Assembly (NCBI RefSeq): GCF_006345805.1
Contig: NW_021836312.1
Coordinates: 1-64,000, forward strand
Direction: 5' to 3'
From: Octopus sinensis
Lineage: Eukaryota
DNA length: 64,000 nt
Numbering within the stretch: position 1 is the stretch's first letter; each line of letters begins with the position of its first letter. The position numbers were made by a program, and so were the translations under genes. This document shows, one piece after another, positions 1 through 13,827 of the stretch. The notes below the pieces were generated by a model, which had not been told where the DNA came from, searched no databases, and saw only the letters and a list, made by a program, of their open reading frames with translations.

Positions 1-451
1 TGTGTGAGTGCGTGCGTGTGCTGCGTGCGTCTATTACGCGCGTAGATACGTGTATGCGTGTGTGTGTGTGACTGGGTTTCTAAATGTGTGTATGCACGTG
101 TATCTTCCTTCTTATGGCGCATCTAAGCCTTTGTATTTACGCAAAGTGCAAACGTTATTAATCTCACAGTTTACTAACTGAATTCTCTCTGTGCGATAGT
201 ATTCAAAAGAACAATGTAATTCTGCATATTATAGGAAACATTTTCACCAAATACCATTATTTAGTCAGGAACCATTGATTAAATATAAAAGGGTTTGGCG
301 ATGGCTTGAGGAGCAAACCTTAATGAACCAGATAATATTTTCGCTCGCTATTGTAATAAACTACAAGCTATCAAAAGCTTTATTGACTTGTCTCATTCTA
401 GTTGATGCTTAAATGAACGTTATCTTCTATCTTGCAGAGATCTCTACTTAC

Positions 452-511
452 TTGTTCTTCTGGCAACTCTATTATATATGCTTTAGTTGCCGGCATCAAT
501 AGAATTGCTCT
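452..511 (-). CDS. Putative 60-nt coding exon (RAILLMPATKAYIIELPEEQ), product unknown
   Basis: Minus strand acceptor atctcttcag| and consensus donor caa|gtaagt; only phase 0 is open; no homology recognised. Confidence 0.25.
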
Positions 512-700
512 CTGAAGAGATATTGTTATCGTCATTATAAACATATCTACATTATCGGGATTTTCCATTATGACTCCCAAGTATCACTTTGGCCTTAAAA
601 GATTTGCTTCTATGCTTGTATATGAAGTAGAGAAGCTATTAAAATAAACTAAGGTCTAAGTTCAATTTGCAGACAGTGTTTACTGTATATGCTGAGATTC

Positions 701-762
<62 letters not shown>

Positions 763-772
763 TATCATCATC
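701..772. repeat. (ATT)n/(ATC)n microsatellite
   Basis: Direct triplet run; explains poly-L ORF 667-945. Confidence 0.95.
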
Positions 773-774
773 AA

Positions 775-1165
775 GGCGGCGAGCTGGCTGACACGATAGG
801 ACGCCGGGCGAAATGCTTCGCGGTATTTCGTCTGCCGCTACGTTCTGAGTTCAAATTCCGCCGAGGTCGACTTTGCCTTTCATCCTTTCGTGGTCGATTA
901 AATAAGCACTGGGGTCGATATAATCGACTTAATCCGTTTGTCTGACCTTGTTTGTCCTCTCTGTGTTTCGCCCCTTGTAGGTAGCAAAGAAATAGGTATT
1001 TCGCCCATGGCTATCTTCTGAGTTCAAATTCCGCCGAGGTCGACTTTGCCCTTCATCCGATCGGGGCGATAAAAGTAGTACCAGTTGAGCACTGGTCTCG
1101 ATGCAATCGACTCATCCCCTCCCCAAAACTGCTGTCCTTGTGACAAAATGTGAATCCATTATTAT
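775..1165 (+). mobile_element. tRNA-headed SINE family B (GGCGGCGAGCTGG... head), full copy fused to a second head-less body
   Basis: A-box/B-box-like head (ttctgagttcaaattcc), central gcctttcatcctttcggggtcgat motif, junction aagaaatag|gtatttcg at 995/996. Confidence 0.85.
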
Positions 1166-1185
1166 CATCCTCATCATCAACATCA

Positions 1186-1418
1186 CCTATTTCTTTACTA
1201 CCCACAAGAGGCTAAACACAGAGAGGACAAACAAGGACAGACAAACGGATTAAGTCGATTATATCGACCCCAGTGCGTAACTGGTACTTATTTAATCAAC
1301 CCCGAAAGGATGAAAGGCAAAGTCGACATCGGCGGAATTTGAACTCACAACGTAACGGCAGACGAAATACCGCTAAGCATTTCGCCCGGCGTGCTAACGG
1401 TTCTGCCAGATCGCCGCC
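1186..1418 (-). mobile_element. SINE family B, full copy, inverted relative to 775-995
   Basis: Reverse complement of the same ~230 bp consensus. Confidence 0.9.
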
Positions 1419-2088
1419 TGTATAAACATCATAAACATCACCGCTCAGTTTTTGCCTTCGTAAAAGATGGAATGAACGAATCGATTCCAAATCAATCTCA
1501 GGAGTTCTCGCCCCTTACAGAAGGATCGTATTTCTAAAATATCATCACACACATCGAGAAACTCAAGGATTGATCAGTGTCATGGTTATCTTTCTGATTA
1601 CAGCACTACGACCACTTAGACATAACTTTAGATGTCTATGAAATATTCTTTGGCATTGTGTGGCGTCAGGCGTGTGGTTGGAAGAATCATTAAAGTGTCG
1701 GCCTACAGGGTTTCTTCCCGATTCATACAATCTGTTTTCAAACTCAGCGAGGTCAGTTTTTGCTTATCACACATCTGAGACTGATTTAAATGCAAGTCAA
1801 GTACGTATTCGGGACAATCACTCTCTCGTTAAAAATAGTAATTATTATACAACAGTTTCGTAACCCACGACAAATACTGCGACGGTGATTATAAAGCATC
1901 ATAAAAAATGTTTTTCTCAACTGAGTTTATTATCTTTTTCATGCGAGTCGTGAATTTCTGGTCTCTATTAGTTTTCGTAATTCATCAATTTCAGGTTGAG
2001 CGCTTCTGGCAATATTATACACTGAATGGTCTTCGTCACACATTGGTGCACGGAAATTTCTCATATATGACACTTATAACATTTCCTA

Positions 2089-2128
<40 letters not shown>

Positions 2129-2136
2129 AAGAGATG

Positions 2137-2830
2137 CGTTATATTAAATCTCTGAGCGAGATATACACAGTATCGGTACGGAATCGTAACATATATTTGT
2201 CAACTAAGTGTGGCGTCCTATACAGGACAGTGCTACTGTTGTTTATAGCCCAAGGAAGACATCTCCTCCAGCTGGCCAACGACACACAGACTGTATCCGA
2301 TTAGCATTTGGGAAGGGAGGGCATACGTTATATTAAATCTCTGAGCGAGATATACACAGTAGCGGTACGGAATCGTAACATATATTTGTCAACTAAGTGT
2401 GGCGTCCTATACAGGACAGTGCTACTGTTGTTTATAGCCCAAGGAAGCCATCTCCTCCAGCTGGCTAACGACACACAGACTGTGTCCGATTAGCATTTGG
2501 GAAGAGGGCATACGTTATATTAAAACTCTGAGCGAGATATACACAGTAGCGGTACGGAATAGTAACATATATTTGTCAACTAAGTGTGGCGTCCTATACA
2601 GAACAGTGCTACTATTGTTTATAGCCCAAGGAACACATCTTCTCTAGCTGGTCAACGACACACAGTCTGTGTCCGATTAGCATTTGCGAAGCGAGGTCAT
2701 CGATCACATTTTTAGCTTTACGTGATACAAATGGACTCGAGTGTCAGGGTGGTTACTCTCCTCAGCGTGTGTTAATCACTAATTAGTGGTGAAAGGTCAT
2801 TCCACTCACATATTATATATTTATACTTTT
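2137..2830 (-). repeat. Three tandem 187-189 bp units plus tail with a degenerate hammerhead motif; sister family of the 10657-11205 repeat
   Basis: Units start at 2137, 2326, 2513 (cgttatattaaa); share cagtagcggta, gctactgt, ctcctccagctggcc and ggactcgagt...ctcagcgtgtg with 10657-11205. Confidence 0.8.
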
Positions 2831-2854
2831 ATATACTATATATTCTATATGCTT

Positions 2855-3025
2855 TTCTAACGACTCACGTAAAGCTAGCGATAAGAGCGATGACCTCTCT
2901 TCGCAAATACACATCATACACAGACCATGTGTCGTTAGCCAGCTGGAGATGTCTTCCTGGGACCGTAAACAACAATAGCACTGTCATCTATAAGACGCCA
3001 CATGTATTTTGCAAATATATATCTA
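2855..3025 (+). repeat. Inverted, diverged copy of the 2137-2830 repeat
   Basis: gacgccacat, aacaacaatagcactgtc, gtcgttagccagctggag and cacgtaaagcta are reverse complements of motifs in unit 3. Confidence 0.7.
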
Positions 3026-3581
3026 TAATAATAAATGCCAAAACTAATTTCTCTGACTATTCAATGACACTTCCACTATTCCTCGTGATGGGGTGAGAGT
3101 AGTAGATTGCCGGTTGTGGTGGTAATGGGGTGATAGTAAAAGTACGAGCTGTAGCTGTGATAGAGGCGGAGGCGGCGGTGACGATGGTACTAGTGGTCAG
3201 TTAGGGATGATAGGAATAGTAAATGATGTAAAAACAGTGATTGTGGTGGTGGAGTAAGCGATGTGAAAGACAGTGGTAATGGTAGTGGAGAAGAAGGCTG
3301 GCAATTCAAAGCTATTGATAGTGGTGGTATCAGAAGTCTGAATAGTGCGTGTATGGCAGTTGTGGTGGCGATGGTGGTGATACTGGCTGGTGATGGTTAT
3401 GGTTGCAAACAATCTACAGAAAATGAGAGAGAGAACGAAAGAGGTTAGACAACAAAGAAATTGTACTGACACCTGAATCGGAAGAGAAAAATAAGTTCCA
3501 AGTCGATAAATTATACCATTGATTTGTTGAAAATTTTTCATTGCTTGAAAAATATTGGTCAAGTTTAATAAAATTTAGTAT

Positions 3582-3972
3582 GGAGCAAGAGTGGCTGTGT
3601 GGTAAGTAGCTTGCTTAGCACCCACATGGTTTTGGGTTCAGTCCCACTGCGTGGCAAGTGGGCAAATGTCTTCTTCTATAGCCTCGGGCCGACCAAAGCC
3701 TTGTGAGCGGATTTGGTCGACAGTAAACTGAAAGAAGCCCGTCGTATATATGTATATATATTTATGTGTGTGTATATCTTTGTGTGTCTGTGTTTGTCTC
3801 CTCCAACATCGCTTGACAACCGATGCTGCTGTGTAGCTTAGTGGTTCGGCAAAAGAGACCGATAGAATAAGTACTAGGCTTAGAAAGAATTAGTCCTGGA
3901 GTCGATTTGCTCGACTAAAAGGCGGTGCTCCAGCATGGCCGCAGTCAAATGACTGAAACAAGCAAGTAAAGA
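3582..3972 (+). mobile_element. CORE-like tRNA SINE (family A), full length
   Basis: tRNA head (gtggctgtgtggtaag...gggttcagtccc), CORE-like gggcaaatgtcttc, internal TA/GT tract, tail ggcggtgctccagcatggccgcagtcaaatgactgaaac. Confidence 0.85.
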
Positions 3973-4162
3973 GTATGTAATCAATGCATGAAGTGTCATT
4001 GTTGGGCGGCTTTTAGGATGTTGTGTATATATATATATGTATGTTTATATATGTATGTTCGACGTCCCTTTGGTGTCCTGTACTCATATATGCATATATA
4101 TGTACATGTAGAGGTAGGTACGTACATAATTTGTTTTATATGCATATGTTTTATTTCATTTA

Positions 4163-4211
<49 letters not shown>

Positions 4212-4217
4212 GTGTGT

Positions 4218-4270
<53 letters not shown>

Positions 4271-4485
4271 ATGCTATCTCAAGAATTTGATGTGGAAATT
4301 TTAGTAATATTCACGGTTTTAGGCATTAGACTGGCACATCATCAGACTTACATTGAAGGCAAGTTTTCCACATATGAAAAATGTCCGTATTGGTCTGGAA
4401 CCCCACAGTGTTGAAATCCCAGAACTCGGGTTCAGAGCTTCTCTGGAAATACTCTTCCTTTTCCTGACTAGCACACAAGATATGT

Positions 4486-4517
<32 letters not shown>

Positions 4518-4708
4518 ATATATAGATAATATATATATAATATATATATATATGAAATTAATACTTATATATATATATGCATGTATGTTTTTTTTTTAGG
4601 AAACATCAATAATATTTAGTCTCTCTGATGTACAACAAGAGAGGTTAATTTTCTAGTTATGGAGAAAATCTCTTCTATTTTCGTATGGCGAAGTAATTCT
4701 ACATTCAG

Positions 4709-4794
4709 ATTTCAATGTACGTTTAAACGTGAAATGCAAAGGATGCCATTGATTAGTATTAGCATTGAACAGCATAAGCAAGGAATCTGCTCAA
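4709..4794 (+). CDS. Possible 86-nt exon (RFQCTFKREMQRMPLISISIEQHKQGICS)
   Basis: ttctacattcag| acceptor, caa|gtaagt donor, one open frame; no homology recognised. Confidence 0.2.
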
Positions 4795-5326
4795 GTAAGT
4801 CAAGGGAGACAACTTTAAAATTGAACTTAATACTCATCAATAAATAGAGAATTAGGTGTAAACAATTGCTCTGGTAGTAAGAGAAACAAATGCGTTCATA
4901 TTTCGATCTCGTTAGCTTTCCTCATTGAAGCATAGTCTTACCATTCTTTGAAGTTGTTACAGAAATCAGATTTCATTTACTAAACTTTTATATGTTATCT
5001 AGCCATTACCCAGAGGCGTAGATATATTCGATATGAGACAAATATTGGAAGACATTTACTATTCTTCCTCCCAGCTCACTGTTTTATTTTTACTATTATT
5101 GAAGCGGTAAGTTGGCAGAATAGTTTGCATGTCGAAAGAAGGCACAGTGTCATTACTTCTCTCCTTACGTTCTGAGTTCAAATTTCGTCGTGATCGACTT
5201 TGCCTTTCACACCAAAATTTGAAATCACAGTTATAATCATTCTTTGTAAGCCTAGTATATATGCTATCGTAAACACACCAACATCGGTTGTCAAGCGATG
5301 GGGGGCGTGACAAACACAGACACACA

Positions 5327-5361
<35 letters not shown>

Positions 5362-5701
5362 GATGGGCTTTCAGTTTCCGTTTACCACATCCACTGAGAA
5401 GGTTTTGGTTGACCCGAGGCTATAGCAGAAGACACTTGCCCAAGGTGCCACACATATCAAGATAAGCAACAGGATATCAAGTAGTGATGCAGTACTGCGT
5501 TACGACATGATATCCTGTGGCTTATTTTGATTTTATTCACTTTACGTCGAGCTGTGCGGATAATATCGGACTGACTTTATGCTTCAATTAAGTACCTAAT
5601 TCAACTGAATCTCAATATATGTATATATATATATATACATATATATATATACATACATATACATACAACATATTATATATATATATATTATATATATATA
5701 T

Positions 5702-5743
<42 letters not shown>

Positions 5744-6439
5744 TAATTTATACATTAAATATATATATATATATCACCATTATATAGGGAGTATCAAATT
5801 ATATTGGAATCAACTTCGTCCTTCAACTATTTTGGGATTTAGAAGCAAATAGTACCAGTTATAAGTTGAGTCATTTCAGATGTTAGTCATCCACCTCAAC
5901 AAATGCCATGCTAAGTACTAATTTAAGAAATCGTTATTTGTTGAGAAATGATGGATATAATAACAATTTACTTCTAGTATTCCAGATATCTCAAAATTGC
6001 TGCATCCGTAAAGAAACAATTATTTTCCGTCTTGCTTGTGATGTTGTTTTTATGTTCGTTGTTGTTAATGTTGATAAATGCTTTTATTTCTAGATGTTAT
6101 GGAATTTAGTGTTGCCTTTTTACTTTCGCTGCTCTCAAAGTACCTTTTATCCAATTTCTAACATGTAAGGAAAGCCATAATAGAATTAATGGAAAATATT
6201 TTGTGAAATATCCTTCCAATCCCATTTGTTTTTTTTGTTTTTTATATGTATTTGTTTGTTAGTTATATTGCAAGGGTGAAGGTTCTTGGTATAAATTGAA
6301 TCCTCGCTTACAAATAGGCTGTTTATTTTGCAGTGCTGCCTCTGTAACATCTCTAATACAAAACTGTAATAGATCTCAATTATCGAGATAAATTGGATTT
6401 GATATCTATGTTATTGATGTTGTGAGGGAGGGGCTTCAG

Positions 6440-6795
6440 TGTTAGTATTTTTGGGTTTGATGATCACGTCGTTGTTGTTGTTGTTGTTACTGAAGGTGGT
6501 GGAGGTGGAGGTAATACTGTTGCAGTCTGTACTGCTGCTGGTGGTGGTGGTGGTGGTGGTGATATCGGTGCTGTTGTTGTTGTTGTTGGTAGTAATGGTG
6601 ATGGTAGTGAAGATGATGGTTGTATAGTGTGTTGTTATTGCGAATTGATTTTGTTGGGAAGGTAGACATTGTTGAGGTTAATGACGTTGCTTTAAATGTT
6701 CGTCTTGTTTTTGTTGCTGTTGTGGCTGTTCACATCATCATCATCATTATTTTTGCTATTATTGTTGTTACTATTGCTACTGCTGTTGTTGTTGC

Positions 6796-6890
<95 letters not shown>

Positions 6891-7100
6891 TTGTTGTGGT
6901 TATTATTATTATCATTATTATTATTGTTATTATTATTATTGTTATTATTATTATTATTATCATTATTATTATTATCATTATTATTATTATTATCATTATT
7001 ATTATTATTATTATTATCATTATTATTATTATCATTATTATTATTATTATTATTATCATTATTATTATTATTAGTAGTAGTAGTAGTAGTATTGTTGTTG

Positions 7101-7137
<37 letters not shown>

Positions 7138-7244
7138 CATTATTATTATTATTATTATTATCATTATTATTATTATCATTATTATTATTATTATTATTAT
7201 CATTATTATTATTATTAGTAGTAGTAGTAGTAGTATTGTTGTTG

Positions 7245-7281
<37 letters not shown>

Positions 7282-7310
7282 CATTATTATTATTATTATT
7301 ATTACTTTGT
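6440..7310. repeat. Compound triplet microsatellite (GTT/GGT/ATT/ATC/AGT) with higher-order duplication
   Basis: Directly visible; source of poly-I and poly-L ORFs. Confidence 0.95.
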
Positions 7311-8843
7311 AGTTCATATTGTTCTTGTTAGTAACGATAGTAATGAACGATGGAGGTGGCAGTGTGTTTGTTGTTTACATAGGATTTATTCGGGTCGGAG
7401 TTAAATGTGTTATTGTGTATCGATGATGGTGATGGTGGTGGTAATGCTGGGTGGTGTTGGTGATGATGATAATGGCGAAGAGGAGGAGGATCATGTTGTT
7501 TTTACGGAGGTGGATGATGTTAATGTTAATAATATTAGCTTTGATCTTATTGTTAGTTGGAGGGAAGAATTGGGCGATGTGTTGTTAGAGTTAATGGAAA
7601 GACTTACTGCTGAGATGTTGACGTTGAATTATCATTGTGCTTGTTGTTGATGTGTTTAATTCGAAAGTTGAACCACGGTGAAGGTCCTATGCAGTTCATC
7701 ATTATTATTATCATTATCATAAGGTCGTGGTATCGATTCTTGGACATGCTCGACGTTCCATGAAATCAAGAGCGCAAGGGCCGACAGACTTTCTATATCT
7801 GTTTGCAAGTAAATAGGTACCGAATACAGTTAAGGTAAGTATAACTGCTACCTTGCCATATTCGCTTTCGAGTGACGGTAATAGTTGTGAATCGTAATAT
7901 ATTTAATGAAGATTTATGTTTTCTTTGTGTTTGTTGATGTTGTTTGCTGTATGATCATTAAATTGTTTACGTACTGACAATACTGTTGAGAGCGTCAAGA
8001 TGTCATTTTTTAAACTCAGAATCAAGCTTTGATCATTTCAATCACGACTATCAGGTATTTATTTTCTTTCAAATTGTATCCATAGTCTAGTGGTTCATTC
8101 CATTTTAAACATGCTAGGGCATGATTTGAGGAAGGTTTGGCTACGGTTACTAGCACGAAAAGAAAACACGAGACACTTCCCTTTCTCGTTCATAAGTAGA
8201 CTGTAAGATTCTAGCTTGAGTAACGATTTAAATATCTTGCGGTGCTTCGTTTTGACTCTAAGATCCAAGTTCAAATCCTCCAGCGACAACTTGAACTATT
8301 GCTATTACACTCGTACGGGTCGTTTCTCATCTGTCACACTAGATCTTAACACATACCGCTTGGAATACTACCTTTCTTCTGAGTGCTGCATGTAGTTGCC
8401 AAGACAAAATGAGGAATTGCAGTATATTATTATATCAATGACACACACACACAAATACACACATACAAATACAAACAAACGCACATACACACACACACAT
8501 ACAGCCCCCCACACACATACGCATACACAAACACAAACACATGTACGTAAAGACGCAATCACACGGACACACATACACACACAGAAAACACACGCACAAA
8601 TACACACATACACAAACACACACAGTAACATACACCCTAGAACACATACACGCACAAACACACACACATACACAAACACACACAAACACACACACACAAA
8701 CACACAAACACACACAGAGACAGACACACATACACAAGCATACTCTTACAAACACACTCACAAAGACATACAAGCAAATAGAAATACACACACATTCTCT
8801 TTCTAGCTCTCTCAGTTCCGCCGCTTTATGCTTATGTTTGTAA

Positions 8844-10221
8844 TTTATATATATATAAAACTGAGAATGTGTGTCTGTCTGTCTGTCTGTGTAAATCCCT
8901 ATAACGTAAGAAGTACACAACCAATTTCATTCAAATTTTACACATGCCTTACTTAGGGTCCATGTAGTGTCATGGGCACAAAATGACACCCTTCTTGCCT
9001 AGGGTGAGCCTACAGCAACATCACATTTCCACTATTTCAGTATTACGTGTTAAAAGGGAAACAAAAGCATCACCGTATTGTATGTATATGGATGTATGTA
9101 TATATATATATATATGTATATATATATACATGTATATATGTATACATGTATATATATATATGTAGCTGCATATGTATACATGTATATGAATAGATGTATT
9201 TCTATAGATATACATGTATATGTAAACAAGTATGTCTAGATGTATATATAGGTGTACATGTAATACGTACACATATATATATATACATATATATACATGC
9301 ATACCTATATACACCCATACACACACACACGCCGATCCACCTACCCACAGGTGCAGGTGTGGCTGTGTGGTAACAGACTTGTTCCAAAACACATGGTCCT
9401 CAGTTCAGTCCCACTCTGTGGTAACTTGGCATGTGTCTTCTGCTATAGCCTCAGACCAACCAAAGCCTGGTCAGTGGATTTTGTAGACAGAAACTGAAAG
9501 AAATCAATTGTATGTATATGTATGTATATATGTAAGTCTATGTGTGTGTCTTCGTGTTTCTCCCTCATCACTGCTTCACAACTGGTGTTCGATTATTTAC
9601 ATCCCCATAACTTACTGGTTTCACAAGAAGAAACTGATAGAATAAGTACCAGGCTTATCAAAATATAAAACAGCACTACGAAGTGTCTCATATTTTTGTT
9701 TGCCCACTCAGTTGTATCTATCAATTTATCTTTGTGTGTGTGTGTTTGTGTTACTTCAAGTAACGACTAGGGTAGGGTAACTGACTGCTTATTGTGATCA
9801 TGCGTCTTTTGGTTTCCTGTAGCTTTGCTCTCTTTTACAAAACCAGTGAACATATATCTCCTATTTGAAAGAAATCCACACAATAGATATAAGATCCAAG
9901 TTACCATTAAGATGCCGACCCCCAACTGGGGCCTTAACTCTCACATTTTAGAGCTCCATGACCTTCATTTTTTAGGAGCAAAATCTTTTTAACAGGTTCA
10001 ATACCACTGGAATTTTGGAATATGCGCATTAAAATTAGTAGTATGGGATACATGTGGCACGATTACAAATTTTTTAGGGTGGGTAAAGAGGGAAATAACC
10101 CTCATCTGCAATTTTGATGAAATTCGAAACATAGATATTCCAGTTCATTACAGAAAATATAACAGAAATGTCTAATTCTTCAATTGAATGTAACCGGGCA
10201 ACGCCGGGTATCTCTGCTAGT
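8844..10221 (+). mobile_element. Non-autonomous Helitron-like element, interrupted by microsatellite and a SINE
   Basis: 5' ttatatatatataaaactgagaatg plus (TGTC)n; 3' GC-rich hairpin ccgggcaacgccggg (10194-10208) followed by CTAG|T (10217-10221), the typical Helitron 3' end. Confidence 0.7.
9352..9665 (+). mobile_element. CORE-like SINE family A nested in the Helitron
   Basis: gtgtggctgtgtggtaac...cttggcatgtgtcttctgctatagcc...gatagaataagtaccagg. Confidence 0.8.
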
Positions 10222-10480
10222 CAATCGATATAATTAATGAAATTATGTCATGATTGTGTAGAATTCTCTTGTTTTAGTTGAGTCGTTGTTGTGATGTTGA
10301 CGAACAATCCTAAACAGTCTTGGATAGAGCAGACATTTGACATGTGAATAACAAATTCATTCCTTTTATTATGACAGAGTATGTCCAAATTTAAGTACAA
10401 AAAGAGAAATTCTGATTAGATATGTTTTGAAAAACTATACATGCGTATTTAGATACAAATATACATACATATTGAATACA

Positions 10481-10549
<69 letters not shown>

Positions 10550-10560
10550 CTATCTATCTA

Positions 10561-11205
<645 letters not shown>

Positions 11206-11274
11206 TATATATATATATATACACATACATGCATACATACTAATCTGTCTATTTATCTATTATATATATATATA

Positions 11275-12086
11275 TTCTTTTATTCTTTTATTTTTTCAGT
11301 CATTTGATTGCAGCCATGCTGGAGCACAACCCTTAGTCGAGCAAATCAATCTAGGGACTTCTTTGTAAGCCTAGTACTTATTCTATCGGTCTTTTTTTCC
11401 GAACCGCTAGGTTACGGGGGACGTAAACACACCAACATCGGTTGTAAAGCGATGGTGGGGGACAACCAGAGTCGCACAAGCATTTACACACACATATGTA
11501 TGTTTATATATATATACATATATATATATATATCAGTAACAATATAGGGTGAAATTAATTAATTTGGAATAATTATTAATTACACCAAATAGATTTCGGC
11601 ATGTAAAAGCCTCATTCGAGGAAAATTTAAGTAATACTAAGCAATTAAGGGTTTAGCAACGAATTGCCTCACCACACACCGAATTTAGAAATAGCAGTCA
11701 AAGAGTTATAGCTATTCTGCTATATATATATATATATCGTCCTGGTTTTGTTATGATTGTTTTTACGTTATTTTGTATTTTTATCCGTGCTTTCTTTATT
11801 GTTTTTACGTATTTTTTTTCGAGTAACATCGTCCGTTTTTCCGTCACCGTGTTGTATACTTTCGAGGTTTTCTTCCAAGGAATCTAATGCGATTGGCTTA
11901 GATTTCCCTTGGTTGGCTGCCCAGATTGGAGCAATCTCAAGATTAATCAGCCGAAATTGCGAAGATGATCTGGTTCTTGACTGATGACTGAGAGCTTCGA
12001 AAGTCCCGTCTGTGTGTTTTTTTTTTTTTTTTGCCGTCTTCAAAATGTTTCACATTCTTGTCCCAGTTTGTGTTTTTTTAACGTTA

Positions 12087-12147
<61 letters not shown>

Positions 12148-12280
12148 GACAGTCTTTTTTCAGTTTCCGTCTACCAAATCCACTCACAATGTACTTGGCC
12201 AAGGTGCCTCGCAGTGGGACTGAACCTGGAACCATGTGGTTGTTAAGCAACCTACTTACCACTCAGCCACTCCTGCGCCT
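11275..12280 (-). mobile_element. CORE-like SINE family A split in two (3' half ~11275-11470, 5' half ~12146-12280) by insertions into its internal TA tract
   Basis: Complementary halves in the same orientation separated by two unrelated repeat fragments bounded by (TA)n. Confidence 0.65.
11550..11720 (-). repeat. Interspersed repeat, possibly Penelope pLTR-derived; second partial copy at ~34765-34850 on +
   Basis: Shared agaatagc.ataactc.ttgactgctatttctaaattcggtgtgtggtgagg; degenerate ..atga-ggc..gcc-gaaa motif. Confidence 0.5.
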
Positions 12281-13130
12281 AGATAGAGATGTGTTTTGCA
12301 TCGGGAAAACAAGACTACTGAGTTTTATATTGTACTAAAAATACGTGATAGACGCACGTGTCCCAAGGTGATGAGGATGTAACCAGAAACGCCATCGGAT
12401 TTACTGAAGCTTGTCATGGATTGGGCCCAGCGTTGAGAGAGATTTACCCAATGCTCACATCACAACATTTGTTACGATATGGGATAGAACTTAGGAGATA
12501 AGAGGCATGAGGAGGAGAAGAAGGACAATAACAATAATAACAGCAGCAGCAACAACCGTAACATCCACAACAACAATAACAAAACAACAACACAACAAAG
12601 ATAATTGCCTTTAGATTGAATTTTTTACTGTTATGGTAATCTCATTGTTTTGTTTTTATTGGGTTCCGTTCTTCTTAACTGAGTAAAAGAAAATGTACAG
12701 AACGCTAAAGACTTCCATGACACTCCAAGACTGATGGATGGAAAGAAGAAACTAATTTAACACCAGCTATCTTGGTAAGTTTAGTGGCTATTTTTGTTGT
12801 TGTCCCAAATGTTTATGATGCTGATGCTGAGAAATTGGCATAAAATTTAACATAAAAAACAACTTTAACTCATCAGCTTTAAATAGTTCATCATTTTGAA
12901 CAGTAAAATTGCAGATTGTAGATACAAGTAAAGGGTCCCCCGTCAGTGAGATAAGCTTAATGTTACTGAAGTTGTTATTATTTAACCCTTGACATGCACT
13001 GATCTTAAAAATATTTGAATGAAGGCATTCCAGTTATGATCATTCAACCCTTTACTCGCGTAAATGAAAACCATGTCGGCCCTATAAAACATGCTTAGTT
13101 TTAAAGGCTGTTGTTTCTTCTCCTTTCCAG

Positions 13131-13221
13131 CAGATAAAACAAGCAAAAAGAGCCACGATGCTAGTGAGGTTACAAATGTTAGTATTGGGAACTTTTTGGA
13201 TTGGAACCGTTATTATTACTG
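13131..13221 (+). CDS. Putative first coding exon encoding a hydrophobic signal-peptide-like N-terminus (ATG at 13158: MLVRLQMLVLGTFWIGTVIIT)
   Basis: Strong acceptor ttgtttcttctcctttccag|cag, gccacgATG context, phase-1 donor G|gtatta; upstream consensus donor ttg|gtaagt at 12774/12775. Confidence 0.4.
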
Positions 13222-13827
13222 GTATTAACTTACATAGTTATTGCTGGTGTTGTTATTAAGTTTAAATGTGCAGTAACAGCGGGTGTTATTTTCAACGAAA
13301 GATTCTGTTGATTTAAACTGCAGGCCAATCCTGATCGAGCGGATATGTGTTCAAAATAAAGCATTTCTACGATGATCGAACTGTGATCTCCAGTCATAGT
13401 ACATGTACAATGACATGACTAATTGCTCCCAGCCCTACATCGTTGATATTTTCAACTACCTTTCTTTAGAATGCAATGAGCAGTTGGTAAGCTGCAGGGA
13501 TTACTTAGCAATACAACTTGAGAAATGGTCTGCGATAGGCCTAAGATGGCAAACACATGTAATACGCCTATTTGTGCAAACGGCAACCACACTGGCTTCC
13601 CGCTATTATTGTCTAAGTATCACTGCAGAGCGTTATATCGTGCTAGCGTATCAGCAACTGTTTTACTTTGAAGCCCAGTTACTAGCTGCATTAGTTGGAA
13701 GCAGATGAACCTCACAAAGTCTTGATTTGTATCTCCCACAAGAAACTTGAGAGCAAACACTACGATGTAGTTCGATATTTGTTTTGACAAGCTGCAACAA
13801 TAAAAAGGTGGTATACTACAACAAAAA

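Noticed and set aside
2137-2700. Possible CRISPR-like array
   Set aside because: Whole 187-189 bp units repeat with no unique spacers; eukaryotic context, no cas genes
3582-3660. SINE heads as tRNA genes (also 18439 and 27829)
   Set aside because: Only A/B-box similarity, run into SINE bodies, no complete cloverleaf
6439-7331. Long ORFs (up to 230 aa) of poly-I, poly-L and poly-V
   Set aside because: Stop-free frames through triplet microsatellites; no coding signal
11960-12015. gactgatgactgagagcttcgaaagtc as a hammerhead (similar motif near 42340-42400)
   Set aside because: No convincing stem II or stem I pairing
12370-12400. gtgatgaggatgtaaccagaaacgccatc as a hammerhead
   Set aside because: Core C missing, stem II mismatched, no NUH or stem I
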